This document shows positions 30,283 through 40,117 of a stretch of DNA of 64,000 bases, piece by piece. The translations under genes and the position numbers were made by a program. The stretch is from Tubiluchus corallicola (taxonomy: Eukaryota > Animalia > Priapulida). Positions within the stretch are counted from its first letter, which is position 1. Each line of letters opens with the position of its first letter. The DNA is taken from NCBI GenBank assembly GCA_030141605.1, contig JAQGDQ010002391.1, positions 1-64,000 on the forward strand, written 5' to 3'. The notes beneath the pieces are model-generated. The model did not search any database, was not told the origin of the DNA, and was given only the letters and a program-made list of their open reading frames with translations.

Positions 30283-32634
30283 TTAAGGTAAATTTTCTAT
30301 TATTTGCTCCAAACTCATCTCATCAGCTACTAGTACTTGTCTAGCTTTACTACCTTCAAAAGGACCTATAATATTTGCTTTTTCTAATTGATCAATAATA
30401 CGTCCTGCACGGTTATAGCCTATAGAGAATTTTCTCTGTATCAAAGAGGTGGAACCTTGCTGATGTGCTACAAGCAACCGTGCTGCCTCTTCAAATAAAG
30501 AATCTCTTTCCTTTAAACTTATATTGTTGCTAGTTTCCGAACTCTCTTCTATTACTTCGGGCAGTAAATGTGCAGTAGGATAAGACTGCTGTTTCTCTAT
30601 AAATTCTACAATGCTATCTACTTCTGGCGTATCAACAAAGGCACATTGCACTCTTATCAAATCACTTCCCTCAGTAATGAGCATATCACCACGTCCTATA
30701 AGTTGATTTGCCCCTGGTGAATCAAGTATGGTGCGCGAATCTATCATAGATGCTACTTTGAAAGCAACACGTGAGGGAAAGTTGGCTTTTATAACACCCG
30801 TTATAATGTTAGTAGAAGGACGCTGCGTTGCTATAATCATATGTATACCAATGGCTCTAGCAAGCTGTGCAATACGAGCTATAGGCATTTCTACTTCTTT
30901 GCCTGCAGTCATTATGAGGTCGGCAAACTCATCAATAATAACAACAATATAAGGCAAATATCTATGCCCATTTTCAGGGTTAAGTTGCCGTTTAATAAAC
31001 TTTTCATTATATTCTTTGATATTTCTTACATAGGCTTTTTTCAGTAGGTTGTAACGTAAATCCATTTCTATGGTGATAGAATTGAGTGTTTTTATCACCT
31101 TTTGCACATCAGTAATAATAGGCTCTTCTTCATCGGGCAATTTAGCAAGAAAATGTTTTTCTATCTTAGCGTAGAGAGTAAGTTCTACTTTCTTAGGGTC
31201 TACAAATACAAATTTTAATTGAGATGGGTGTTTCTTGTAAATCAACGAGGTAATAATAGCATTCAAACCTACGGACTTTCCTTGTCCCGTAGCACCTGCT
31301 ACAAGCATATGTGGTGTTTTGGCAAGGTCTATAACGTAGGATTCATTAGAGATAGTTTTACCAAACACTATGGGCAATTCATATTTACTGTTTTGAAATT
31401 TCTTGGAGTTAATAACTGAACGCATCGATACTATTTCAGGCGAACTATTTGGGACTTCTATACCTATTGTTCCTTTGCCCGGAATAGGAGCTATTATTCT
31501 TATACCCAATGCAGCAAGACTTAATGCAATGTCATCTTCTAAGTTCTTTATTTTTGATATTCTAATACCCGGAGCAGGCACTATCTCGTAAAGAGTAATG
31601 GTAGGACCTATGGTGGCCTTTATTTTGGTAATCTCTATTTTATAGTTGGAAAGGGTTTCTACAATAGTATTCTTGTTGGAAATGAGTTCTTCTTGACTTA
31701 CTGAAGAATTTGCTTTTGATTTGTGGTCTTTTAATAAATCTATAGGAGGCATCTTGTAAGTAGAAAGGTCTAAGGTTGGGTCGTAGTTCTCCTTTGGTTG
31801 TTGGGAAATAGAAGAAGCAATATCATCTTTATTTTGAACAACAGTCATTTCTACCTTTTCCTCTTTTTCTTTATCTTCGCTTGGCAACTTTGTGGGTATT
31901 TCTGTGGGCAAAATAGTAGCAATATCTTCTTCTTTATTTTCCTGTGAGTATTCTGCCTGAAAAACAATATCGCTATCCATTTGTTTATTTAGGTCGTCTA
32001 AAGCTTGTAAATCAGATTTCATTTCTTCTATATGTTGTTCTTTTTCTTTTCGTAGGATATACCTATTAAATAATGCAGCTATTTTTTCTATTAGCCCATT
32101 GAATGAAAGTATAAGAAATGAAACGAGTGTAGCAACAAGTAAAAACGATGTTCCTATTCTCCCTAAAAGAGAGATAAGCCATTCGTTAATATAATGCCCG
32201 TGTAAACCTCCCAAAAAAATATGAGATGTTTTGTAGTTCTCGTAAAACAAAAATGAAATGGTTATTGACAACCAAATAGTCATAAACGAAATATTGATAA
32301 ATAATTTTCGCAAAGGATATATTCTTAGCCCAAGTAACCGTAAACCAATAATTGCAAGTAGAAACATAATAAGAAATGAAGGCAGTCCAAAATATTGATT
32401 GATAAATAAATGAGATAAGTAGGCTCCTTGCTTTCCTCCAATATTATTTACATTGTTTTCAAGGCTGAGAAAAAAATCGCTGGCAGGTAGTTCTATTCTG
32501 CTTTGGTCTGTATTGCCTGTGGAAAGAAAAGAAACAAAAGCAATGGAGAGGTAAATAGAAAAAATAAGTATCAACCCTCCTGTAATATATTGAATGTTTT
32601 TAAGTTTTTCTTTTTTCTTCTTATTTATTGCCAT
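30283..32634 (-). CDS. ftsK: DNA translocase FtsK
   Basis: N-terminal TM domain, AGATGQGKS, IIDEFADL, ATQRPS, gamma domain QRKFSIGYNRAGR. Confidence 0.97.
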   Translation of the reverse strand: MAINKKKKEKLKNIQYITGGLILIFSIYLSIAFVSFLSTGNTDQSRIELPASDFFLSLENNVNNIGGKQGAYLSHLFINQYFGLPSFLIMFLLAIIGLRLLGLRIYPLRKLFINISFMTIWLSITISFLFYENYKTSHIFLGGLHGHYINEWLISLLGRIGTSFLLVATLVSFLILSFNGLIEKIAALFNRYILRKEKEQHIEEMKSDLQALDDLNKQMDSDIVFQAEYSQENKEEDIATILPTEIPTKLPSEDKEKEEKVEMTVVQNKDDIASSISQQPKENYDPTLDLSTYKMPPIDLLKDHKSKANSSVSQEELISNKNTIVETLSNYKIEITKIKATIGPTITLYEIVPAPGIRISKIKNLEDDIALSLAALGIRIIAPIPGKGTIGIEVPNSSPEIVSMRSVINSKKFQNSKYELPIVFGKTISNESYVIDLAKTPHMLVAGATGQGKSVGLNAIITSLIYKKHPSQLKFVFVDPKKVELTLYAKIEKHFLAKLPDEEEPIITDVQKVIKTLNSITIEMDLRYNLLKKAYVRNIKEYNEKFIKRQLNPENGHRYLPYIVVIIDEFADLIMTAGKEVEMPIARIAQLARAIGIHMIIATQRPSTNIITGVIKANFPSRVAFKVASMIDSRTILDSPGANQLIGRGDMLITEGSDLIRVQCAFVDTPEVDSIVEFIEKQQSYPTAHLLPEVIEESSETSNNISLKERDSLFEEAARLLVAHQQGSTSLIQRKFSIGYNRAGRIIDQLEKANIIGPFEGSKARQVLVADEMSLEQIIENLP

Positions 32635-32710
32635 TCACTATATTTATTGTAAAATTGCGACTTGTTGAGCAAAGATAGTATTTTTTGATGATTGATTGAT
32701 TGTTTATTTT

Positions 32711-33517
32711 ATGAAATTATTTTATAGAGAATTCGGGACTGAGGGTAGAACTTTACTTATTTTACACGGGTTATATGGTGCTTCCGACAACTGGATTAGT
32801 ATCTGCAAAGAGTTAGGAAATGATTTTAAGGTGTATGCTTTAGATTTAAGAAACCATGGGCAATCTCCTCATAATGATGATTGTAGCTACAAAGCTATGA
32901 CCGAAGATGTTATAGAGTTTATGAACGATAGAGAGATTCCAAACGTTGTAGTGTTAGGGCATTCTATGGGAGCTAATGTAGCGATGTACTTAGCTTCTTT
33001 TTATCCCACAAGAGTTTTGGGACTAATAGTGGAGGATATGTCTGTGCGTCCTGATGGATTTGATATAAGAAACAACCCTAACTATCTATTTCACTCTACG
33101 GTAGTAAATAGTATGTGTAAACTTGATTTTACAAATACTCGTAGTCGCTCAGATGTGGACAAATTATTGCAAACAGATATACCTGATGCAGTCGTTCGTC
33201 AATTTTTGTTGAAAAACTTAGAACACAAAGATAATGGTCGTTTGGGGTGGAAATTGAATATTTGTAAGTTACGCGATAACCTGACTGATATAATGCAAGG
33301 TTTGTCTGTAAGTAAGTCAAAACAAGAGTTTGTAAAATATCCTGTATTGTTTATCAAAGGAGGACTTTCCAAATACATAGATGATGAGGGGCTGAAAGCG
33401 TGCAAACAGGTGTTTCCTGCTTTAAAACTGGTTACTATTGAAGGAGCAGGTCATTGGGTGCATTCGGAAAAAATGGCTGATTTCATAGCATTGGTAAGAG
33501 ATTTTTTAAACAACTAA
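32711..33517 (+). CDS. Alpha/beta hydrolase, YbfF-like esterase
   Basis: LHGLYGASDNW, DLRNHGQS, GHSMG, AGHWVH. Confidence 0.9.
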   Translation: MKLFYREFGTEGRTLLILHGLYGASDNWISICKELGNDFKVYALDLRNHGQSPHNDDCSYKAMTEDVIEFMNDREIPNVVVLGHSMGANVAMYLASFYPTRVLGLIVEDMSVRPDGFDIRNNPNYLFHSTVVNSMCKLDFTNTRSRSDVDKLLQTDIPDAVVRQFLLKNLEHKDNGRLGWKLNICKLRDNLTDIMQGLSVSKSKQEFVKYPVLFIKGGLSKYIDDEGLKACKQVFPALKLVTIEGAGHWVHSEKMADFIALVRDFLNN

Positions 33518-33622
33518 GCTATTATATGATATTTCTGATAATTATTCCTGTACAAAAGCATTGAACAAGTTTATGTTTCAGCAAATAGATACCTTATTAT
33601 ATTACAAAAAAACAATTATCAT

Positions 33623-33647
33623 ATATTTAGGTTTTATTCCTAAATAT
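33623..33647. terminator. Hairpin between the convergent hydrolase and hemW genes
   Basis: atatttagg-N7-cctaaatat. Confidence 0.5.
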
Positions 33648-34777
33648 TATGATAGGTACATCAGGTGAGAGGTAATAGTGTCAGCAATGTAAATACCTTT
33701 GGGGGCAAGAATATAAGTATGTTGTTTTCTTTTCATATGTTGTGTAGTGAGGTAGGCTTGTGCTTGTGTGATAAAATATTGGTGGTATTTTTCCCCGTAT
33801 TGTTGCAATATATGCTGTGTGTTGCTCCCCCACATTGTTCGTAATGTAGTAAGAACGTATTCATTATATTGTGTAGTGGTGTTTAAAGTTTCTGTTTCGT
33901 AATAAGGTTGTTGGTTCTGCAAGGCTTGAATATATTGTGTATGACTGCAGGTATTCCAACTTCGTGTAGAATGGTTATAAGAATGTGCAGAAGGACCTAT
34001 GCCTAAATAAGATTTTTGTTGCCAGTAGTGCGTATTATGTTGTGAATAGCAGCCCTTTTTTGCAAAATTAGATATTTCATAGTGTATGTAGTTGTTTTTT
34101 TTTAGTGTAGAAATGATGTGTTGGTATTGTTGCAAAGTTTCCGTATCGCTAAGAGCCTGCACCTCACTGGCTCTTAGACTCTTGTACAGAGGTGTATGTG
34201 GTTCGTAAGTAAGCTGATAAATGGAGATATGAGGTGTGTTGAGAGCAAGAGCTTGTTGTAGGTTGTAACGTAGGTCGTTTATAGTGGTATGAGGTAATGC
34301 AAATATAAGGTCTATGGACAAATTGTGATAACCTACTTTCTGTAAGTTTTTAATGGCATTGATAGCCTGTTGAGCTTTGTGACGCCTGTTAAGAAACTGT
34401 AAATCTTCATCGTGAAAGGACTGAACGCCCACACTGATACGATTAATAGGTGTTTTTTTAAGATTCTCTATATATTGAAAGGTAAGGTCATCAGGATTAG
34501 CTTCTATGGTTATCTCTGGTTTGAGAACTGTGGTATAGTTTTGTTGTAGAGTGTGAATGAGCTGGTTTATTTCTTGATGAGAGAGAAGAGAAGGTGTCCC
34601 ACCTCCAAGGTAAATGGTTTCTATAATTTGATTTTTAAGATAATCTTTACGTTGCTGCAACTCTTGACAAAGAGCTTTAATAAATTGTATTTTTTTTGAG
34701 AGGTTAGTGGTTTTGTGAAAATCACAGTAAATACACCGTTTTTTACAAAAAGGTATATGTATATATATGCCTGCCAT
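33647..34777 (-). CDS. hemW: Radical SAM heme chaperone HemW
   Basis: YIHIPFCKKRCIYCDF, GGGTPS, EANPDD, HYEISNF, HNxxYW. Confidence 0.93.
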   Translation of the reverse strand: MAGIYIHIPFCKKRCIYCDFHKTTNLSKKIQFIKALCQELQQRKDYLKNQIIETIYLGGGTPSLLSHQEINQLIHTLQQNYTTVLKPEITIEANPDDLTFQYIENLKKTPINRISVGVQSFHDEDLQFLNRRHKAQQAINAIKNLQKVGYHNLSIDLIFALPHTTINDLRYNLQQALALNTPHISIYQLTYEPHTPLYKSLRASEVQALSDTETLQQYQHIISTLKKNNYIHYEISNFAKKGCYSQHNTHYWQQKSYLGIGPSAHSYNHSTRSWNTCSHTQYIQALQNQQPYYETETLNTTTQYNEYVLTTLRTMWGSNTQHILQQYGEKYHQYFITQAQAYLTTQHMKRKQHTYILAPKGIYIADTITSHLMYLS

Positions 34778-34792
34778 TGAGTATGGTATGGG

Positions 34793-35671
34793 TTAGTTGC
34801 GAATATCTGCACCCCACATCAATTTTTCTCTAAGTGTTTGATAAAAATTGTTGTTAGGTAGTTTAATGGTTTTAATAGTAAAAGGTGCTTTTCGAATGCT
34901 AATTTCTGTATTAGGAGTAATGGTTTGATAATGAGAATCGAGAGTAGCAAGGTATTGATTGGCTCTTCCTTCTATTTTTAGTTTAATAGTTCTATGGTCA
35001 GGAATAATAATAGGACGCACGGTAAGATTATGTGGAGCAAGTGGAGTGATAATAAAATTACTAGCTTGAGGGGTAACAATAGGACCTCCTGCACTAAGTG
35101 AATAGGCGGTAGAGCCTGTGGGAGTAGCTATGATAAGCCCGTCTGCCCAATAGGTGCATAAGTAATATTCGTCTATATAAGTATGTATTTTTATAAGTGT
35201 AGGATCATTTTTTTTCTGTATGGTAAGATCGTTGAGCGCATAAGGGAAGTCTGAAAATATATGATTGTTCGTTTGTAAGTGTAGCATTGTCCGTTCTTCT
35301 ATGGTGTATTTTTGTTGTATGACAGCTTGCAATGCTTGTTCTATGTTGTTTTGCGATATGTCTGCAAGAAATCCAAGATGTCCACTATTAACTCCAATAA
35401 GGGGTATATTCTTGTCTCTTACTATGGTGATAGCATCTAAAAACGTACCATCGCCTCCTACTGTTAGCAGGTATTTTACTTGGGCTATTTCGCTGTGGTG
35501 CTTAAAGGTTTTGTATGTTCGAAGGTCTAAATTATGTTCTTTTGTAAGATGTTCGTATAAAGGTTCGTATATAAGAGCTTTTATATTATTGGTACTTAAC
35601 TGACAAAGAATTTTTAAGAAAGCTTGTTGAAATGTTTTGTAAATAGTTTTCCCATATATGGCTATTGTCAT
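34793..35671 (-). CDS. nadK: NAD kinase
   Basis: GGDGTFL, GHLGFL, DGLIIATPTGSTAYSLSAGGP. Confidence 0.96.
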   Translation of the reverse strand: MTIAIYGKTIYKTFQQAFLKILCQLSTNNIKALIYEPLYEHLTKEHNLDLRTYKTFKHHSEIAQVKYLLTVGGDGTFLDAITIVRDKNIPLIGVNSGHLGFLADISQNNIEQALQAVIQQKYTIEERTMLHLQTNNHIFSDFPYALNDLTIQKKNDPTLIKIHTYIDEYYLCTYWADGLIIATPTGSTAYSLSAGGPIVTPQASNFIITPLAPHNLTVRPIIIPDHRTIKLKIEGRANQYLATLDSHYQTITPNTEISIRKAPFTIKTIKLPNNNFYQTLREKLMWGADIRN

Positions 35672-35900
35672 ATTGTTGTATGTGTAAAATGTTTTAACAA
35701 AGTTAATGCTTTTATGATAATGTAACGTAGGGTGTGTTTATATATTTTGCATATAAATACACAAACTTGCATTATAGCAACCTTATAAAAATTTTAAATG
35801 AGAAATAAAGTAGCACTTTACAAAAAAGAACATAGCATCTAAAAACTACAATATTCCACTTATTTAATTAATAGAAATTATTGTTAATCCTCAGACGTTT

Positions 35901-35944
35901 ATATTGATAGGAACAAAAAAATGTAATTTTGCCCCTATCAACAT
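35901..35944 (-). terminator. Hairpin downstream of uxaC
   Basis: Minus strand ATGTTGATAGGGGCAAAA-N8-TTTTGTTCCTATCAATAT pairs fully with G:U only on this strand. Confidence 0.65.
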
Positions 35945-35961
35945 AAGAAGAAGAGATTATT

Positions 35962-37365
35962 TTAGAACTCAAAATAGTTCTTAGCATTATGATAGCTTAT
36001 ATTCTCTACCATATTTCCCAACAAATTTATATCATTAGGAAGTTCCCCATTTTCAACATCTTTGCCAAGCAAGTTACATAGTATTCTTCTAAAATATTCG
36101 TGACGAGGATAGGACATAAAACTTCGAGAGTCTGTAAGCATTCCTACAAACCTACTCAACAGCCCCAAAACCGACAAAGTATTCATCTGTTTTTCCATTC
36201 CATTCTTTTGGTCTAAAAACCACCAACCAGAACCAAACTGTATCTTGCCTGCTACACTCCCACCTACATTGAAGTTGCCTATCATTGTGGCTATCATTTC
36301 ATTGTCAACAGGGTTGAGGTTGTAAATAATTGTCTTTGCAAGTTTGTCTTCACTATCCAACTTATCTAACAACTTAGACAAAGCCACTGCATATTTGAAA
36401 TCTCCTATACTGTCGAAACCTGTATCTGGTCCTAGAGCTTTCATCATTCGTGTATTATTGTTGCGTAAAGCTCCTATATGTAGTTGTTGTGTCCAACCTT
36501 TTTCCCAATCCATTACAGCAAAATGATAGAGCATAGCCGATTTGAACTGTAATATTTCTTGTTTTGTAAGTGCTTTATTATCTCGTGCTTTTGCAAAAAT
36601 ATCTTGAATTTCTTTGTCTGTATAGTCTTCTGCATATATAGTATCTATTCCGTGGTCAGAAAGTTTGCACCCTGCTTCTGCAAAGAAGTCATGTCTTATT
36701 TGTAGGGCTTCCAACAAGTCGTCGAACTTACTGATGGTAATACCTGCCGATTCAGATAGTCTGTCTACATAATCGTTGTAATCTTTTATACTATCTACTG
36801 CCATTGCCTTATCAGGACGCCAAGTAGGTAGCACCTTTACTTTAAAATTATCTTCTTTTATCTTTATATGATGCTCCAAAGTATCTATGGGGTCGTCAGT
36901 AGTACATACTACCTCCACATTCATTTTTAACATCAAGTTTCTTGCACTGTAATTCGAAGTATTGAGTAATTTATTACATCTTTCGTAAATATCTTTTGCA
37001 GTATCTTTATTTAAAAGAGAAGTAACACCAAAATACCTTTGTAGTTCAAGGTGTGTCCAATGATAAAGCGGATTGCGTAAAGTATAAGGCACAGTTTCTG
37101 CCCACTTTTCAAACTTTTCGTAGTCAGAAGCATTTCCCGTGCAATACTTCTCCTCTACACCATTAGTTCTCATTGCTCGCCACTTGTAGTGATCGCCTTC
37201 AAGCCACACTTCCGTAATACTCTTAAACTGTCTATCATTTGCTATGTCTTCGGGTGATAAATGGCAATGGTAGTCTATTATTGGCTGCTGTTTCGAATTC
37301 TTATGATATAATAATTCTGCTGTTTTATTTTGTAAAAGAAAATTATCACCCAAAAAATTTTTCAT
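35962..37365 (-). CDS. uxaC: Uronate isomerase
   Basis: DYHCHL, DHYKWRAMR, NPLYHWTHLEL, GSGWWFLDQ, GMLTDSRSF. Confidence 0.98.
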   Translation of the reverse strand: MKNFLGDNFLLQNKTAELLYHKNSKQQPIIDYHCHLSPEDIANDRQFKSITEVWLEGDHYKWRAMRTNGVEEKYCTGNASDYEKFEKWAETVPYTLRNPLYHWTHLELQRYFGVTSLLNKDTAKDIYERCNKLLNTSNYSARNLMLKMNVEVVCTTDDPIDTLEHHIKIKEDNFKVKVLPTWRPDKAMAVDSIKDYNDYVDRLSESAGITISKFDDLLEALQIRHDFFAEAGCKLSDHGIDTIYAEDYTDKEIQDIFAKARDNKALTKQEILQFKSAMLYHFAVMDWEKGWTQQLHIGALRNNNTRMMKALGPDTGFDSIGDFKYAVALSKLLDKLDSEDKLAKTIIYNLNPVDNEMIATMIGNFNVGGSVAGKIQFGSGWWFLDQKNGMEKQMNTLSVLGLLSRFVGMLTDSRSFMSYPRHEYFRRILCNLLGKDVENGELPNDINLLGNMVENISYHNAKNYFEF

Positions 37366-37377
37366 TATGTTTCTAAT

Positions 37378-38382
37378 TTAAATATTTGATACTGTCTCTT
37401 TTTTAAAATATTCCTCAATCTTTTTTATTAAGCTCTTACTGCCTACGAAAAAAGGCACTCGTTGATGAAGTTCTGTGGGCTCTACATCTAATATATTTTG
37501 TCTGCCATCAGAGGCATAGCCTCCTGCCTGCTCTGCTACAAACGCCAATGGAGAAGCCTCGTATAACAACCTCAGTTTACCTTGAGGTTTGTCTGCTTCT
37601 TTTTTATCCGCAGGATAACAGAATGCTCCACCCACAAGTAAGTTTCTATGAAAATCAGCTATCAAAGAACCTATATAGCGTAATGACAATTTTTGATTTT
37701 GTAGATATCGAATATAGTCATCTACTTTTTTGTCCCAATAAGGCTGGTTACCGTAATTAACGCTATAATACTTAGGTTCCTGAGGTATTTTCATATTGGG
37801 ATGAGACAAGATAAACTCGCCAATGGCAGGGTCTAAGGTAAAACCGTGAACACCATTGCCTGTAGTATATACAAACATTGTACTTGAGCCATAAATAATA
37901 TAACCTGCTGCTACTAAATCTTTTCCTTTTTGCAAACAATCCTTCTCTGTTCCTTTGCCTTCCACTGTTTTTCGTCTAAAAATAGCAAATATGGTACCTA
38001 CACTGACATTATAGTCTGTATTGGAAGAACCGTCCAAAGGGTCAAAGATTAAAACATACTTTCCTGCTTCAAATTTATCAGGTATAGGTAAAATATTTTT
38101 ATGTTCCTCCGAAGCCATAACCCCTACCCTTCCTGTATGATCATTGATACGAAAAATAGTTTTGTCGGCAAATCTATCTAAGCGTGTAACCTCTTCTCCT
38201 TGCACGTTAGTAGCACCTGCTCTTCCAAGTATATCAGTAAGTCCTGCCTTAGTTGTTTTGCTCGCTATAATTTTACCAGACAGGGCTATGTCATAAAGCA
38301 ATTTAGTAAGCTCTCCTTGTGCTTTGGGATGATGTTTTGTTTGTTCCTCCAAAATATGCCTTTCAATAGTTTTGATTTTCAT
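37378..38382 (-). CDS. fbp: Class 1 fructose-1,6-bisphosphatase
   Basis: [36 protein letters not shown]. Confidence 0.97.
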   Translation of the reverse strand: MKIKTIERHILEEQTKHHPKAQGELTKLLYDIALSGKIIASKTTKAGLTDILGRAGATNVQGEEVTRLDRFADKTIFRINDHTGRVGVMASEEHKNILPIPDKFEAGKYVLIFDPLDGSSNTDYNVSVGTIFAIFRRKTVEGKGTEKDCLQKGKDLVAAGYIIYGSSTMFVYTTGNGVHGFTLDPAIGEFILSHPNMKIPQEPKYYSVNYGNQPYWDKKVDDYIRYLQNQKLSLRYIGSLIADFHRNLLVGGAFCYPADKKEADKPQGKLRLLYEASPLAFVAEQAGGYASDGRQNILDVEPTELHQRVPFFVGSKSLIKKIEEYFKKETVSNI

Positions 38383-38622
38383 TTTTAACAGATTTTATAA
38401 TTAAAATATTTTAATTAATTGTATACAATTTTACACTAATCTATTTATAATACCAAAATATTATAGTTTTTTTATTGTATATTTATTACGAGCTTTTAGC
38501 AAATCTTATAATTAATATTTTTTACTGCAAAGAATAAGAAAGTTTGTGCGAAAAGTTACAAAAACTTATCTATTTACAAGCCAAATAGTCTAAGACTGAA
38601 TAACTATTACCCACTTTTTTCA

Positions 38623-38652
38623 CAAAGATACAACAAATGTGTGAACGTTCAC
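38623..38652 (-). promoter_or_regulatory. Candidate fbp-uxaC promoter with an adjacent LacI-type operator
   Basis: Perfect palindrome GTGAACGTTCAC (38641-38652), 10 nt upstream of minus-strand TATCTTTG (38623-38630). Confidence 0.6.
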
Positions 38653-38659
38653 CTATGTT

Positions 38660-40117
38660 TTATTTCAATTTATAGACTTCTCCATTAATAGTCGTATTTT
38701 CTACCACAAGCCCTTTTACATTTTCTAAAATATTTTCTTTTTTTACTCCATCAAAACTACAATTCCTAATAACTACATTTTCAACAGGAAAATTTTCATA
38801 GGCTCTAATTAAAAGCGCGTGCTTACTATCTCTTGAAGATACATTCTCGACCACTACATTTTTTACTTGTGGGTAATAGACTAACTCCTCGTGGTCAGGC
38901 GTGTTGTAAGACATAGAGTAAAACATATTAATTTTTACTACTGCCTCTTTTACCTGCCCTACTTCTACATTTCTAAAATATATATTCTCTATTACCCCTC
39001 CACGTGCTTTGTTGCTTTTTATTCTCAAAGCTCTTTCTAAGCTGGGACTATCCATCTTACAATTTTCAGCGAAAACATTTCTAATACCTGCCGAAGCCTC
39101 GCTACCTAGGACTACACCCCCGTGTCCATTTTTCATTTTACAGTTACGAATTATAATATTTTCAGAGGGAACATTTATGCGTCTTCCATCGTTGTTCCTA
39201 CCTGATTTAATGGCAATACAGTCATCTCCATTGTCAAAGTAAGTATTTTCTATCAATATATTTTTACTAAACTCAGGGTCGCATCCATCTGCATTAGGCC
39301 CTTTACTTACTATCTTGGCATTACGTATAGTAATGTTTTCAGATAATACAGGGTGTAGCATCCACATTGGGGAGTTGGTAATGGTTACCCCCTCTATAAG
39401 AATATTTTTACACTTAATAAACTGTACAAAGTTAGGGCGTAAATAGTGTCCCTTACCAAATATTCTCTCCTCAACAGGTACTTTATTATCATTCATTTTG
39501 TTGAGTAGTGGCACACCATTTTCATCACGTTGAGAAGGCATTCCTTTTTCCCAGCCGTAGTATTCGCCGCCTTCAGATTTTCTTTTTTTACCCTTCCAAG
39601 ACCACCAGTTGCTTGCTCCTGCCTGTCCATCTAAAATTCCTTCTCCTGTGAGGGCTATGTTTTCTACTTCATAAGCATATACAAGGGAAGAGTAGTTCAT
39701 ACACTCCATCCCCTCCCAAAAAGTATGCACTACAGGAAGATAATCATCGGGCTGGGTGCTAAACTTTATAATAGCCTCTTTATCCAAATACAAATTGACA
39801 TTGCTTTTCATCACAATAGGACCAGCAGAATAATACTCCCCCGCAGGTACAACTACCTTACCCCCTCCCGCTTTATTACATTCTTCTATGGCTTGAATGA
39901 TAGCACTAAGACTGTTGCTTGTTCCATCTGCCACTGCTCCGTAATTTGTAATATCAAAAGTCTTATCAGGGAAAGTAGGAGGCACAATGTTTTTTAATAT
40001 CTTATCCACTTCTGCCCATCCACTGCTACCATTTTTCTTAGTATTTTCACAAGATGTGAGAGTTGATACTGATAATACCACCATACTTAGCAATGCAAGT
40101 TTTATTAGCTGTTTCAT
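38660..40117 (-). CDS. GH28 polygalacturonase (lipoprotein)
   Basis: Lipobox LTSC; catalytic motifs NADG, GDDCIAIKSG, GHGG and RIKS. Confidence 0.95.
   Translation of the reverse strand: MKQLIKLALLSMVVLSVSTLTSCENTKKNGSSGWAEVDKILKNIVPPTFPDKTFDITNYGAVADGTSNSLSAIIQAIEECNKAGGGKVVVPAGEYYSAGPIVMKSNVNLYLDKEAIIKFSTQPDDYLPVVHTFWEGMECMNYSSLVYAYEVENIALTGEGILDGQAGASNWWSWKGKKRKSEGGEYYGWEKGMPSQRDENGVPLLNKMNDNKVPVEERIFGKGHYLRPNFVQFIKCKNILIEGVTITNSPMWMLHPVLSENITIRNAKIVSKGPNADGCDPEFSKNILIENTYFDNGDDCIAIKSGRNNDGRRINVPSENIIIRNCKMKNGHGGVVLGSEASAGIRNVFAENCKMDSPSLERALRIKSNKARGGVIENIYFRNVEVGQVKEAVVKINMFYSMSYNTPDHEELVYYPQVKNVVVENVSSRDSKHALLIRAYENFPVENVVIRNCSFDGVKKENILENVKGLVVENTTINGEVYKLK

Noticed and set aside
27113-35960. 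oriC or dif site at the skew change
   Set aside because: No DnaA-box cluster or XerC/D-like site was recognized by eye in the intergenic gaps.
38399-38430. Adjacent palindromes aattaaaatattttaatt and aattgtatacaatt upstream of fbp
   Set aside because: Almost pure A/T in a very AT-rich gap, so plausible by chance; no second copy seen.
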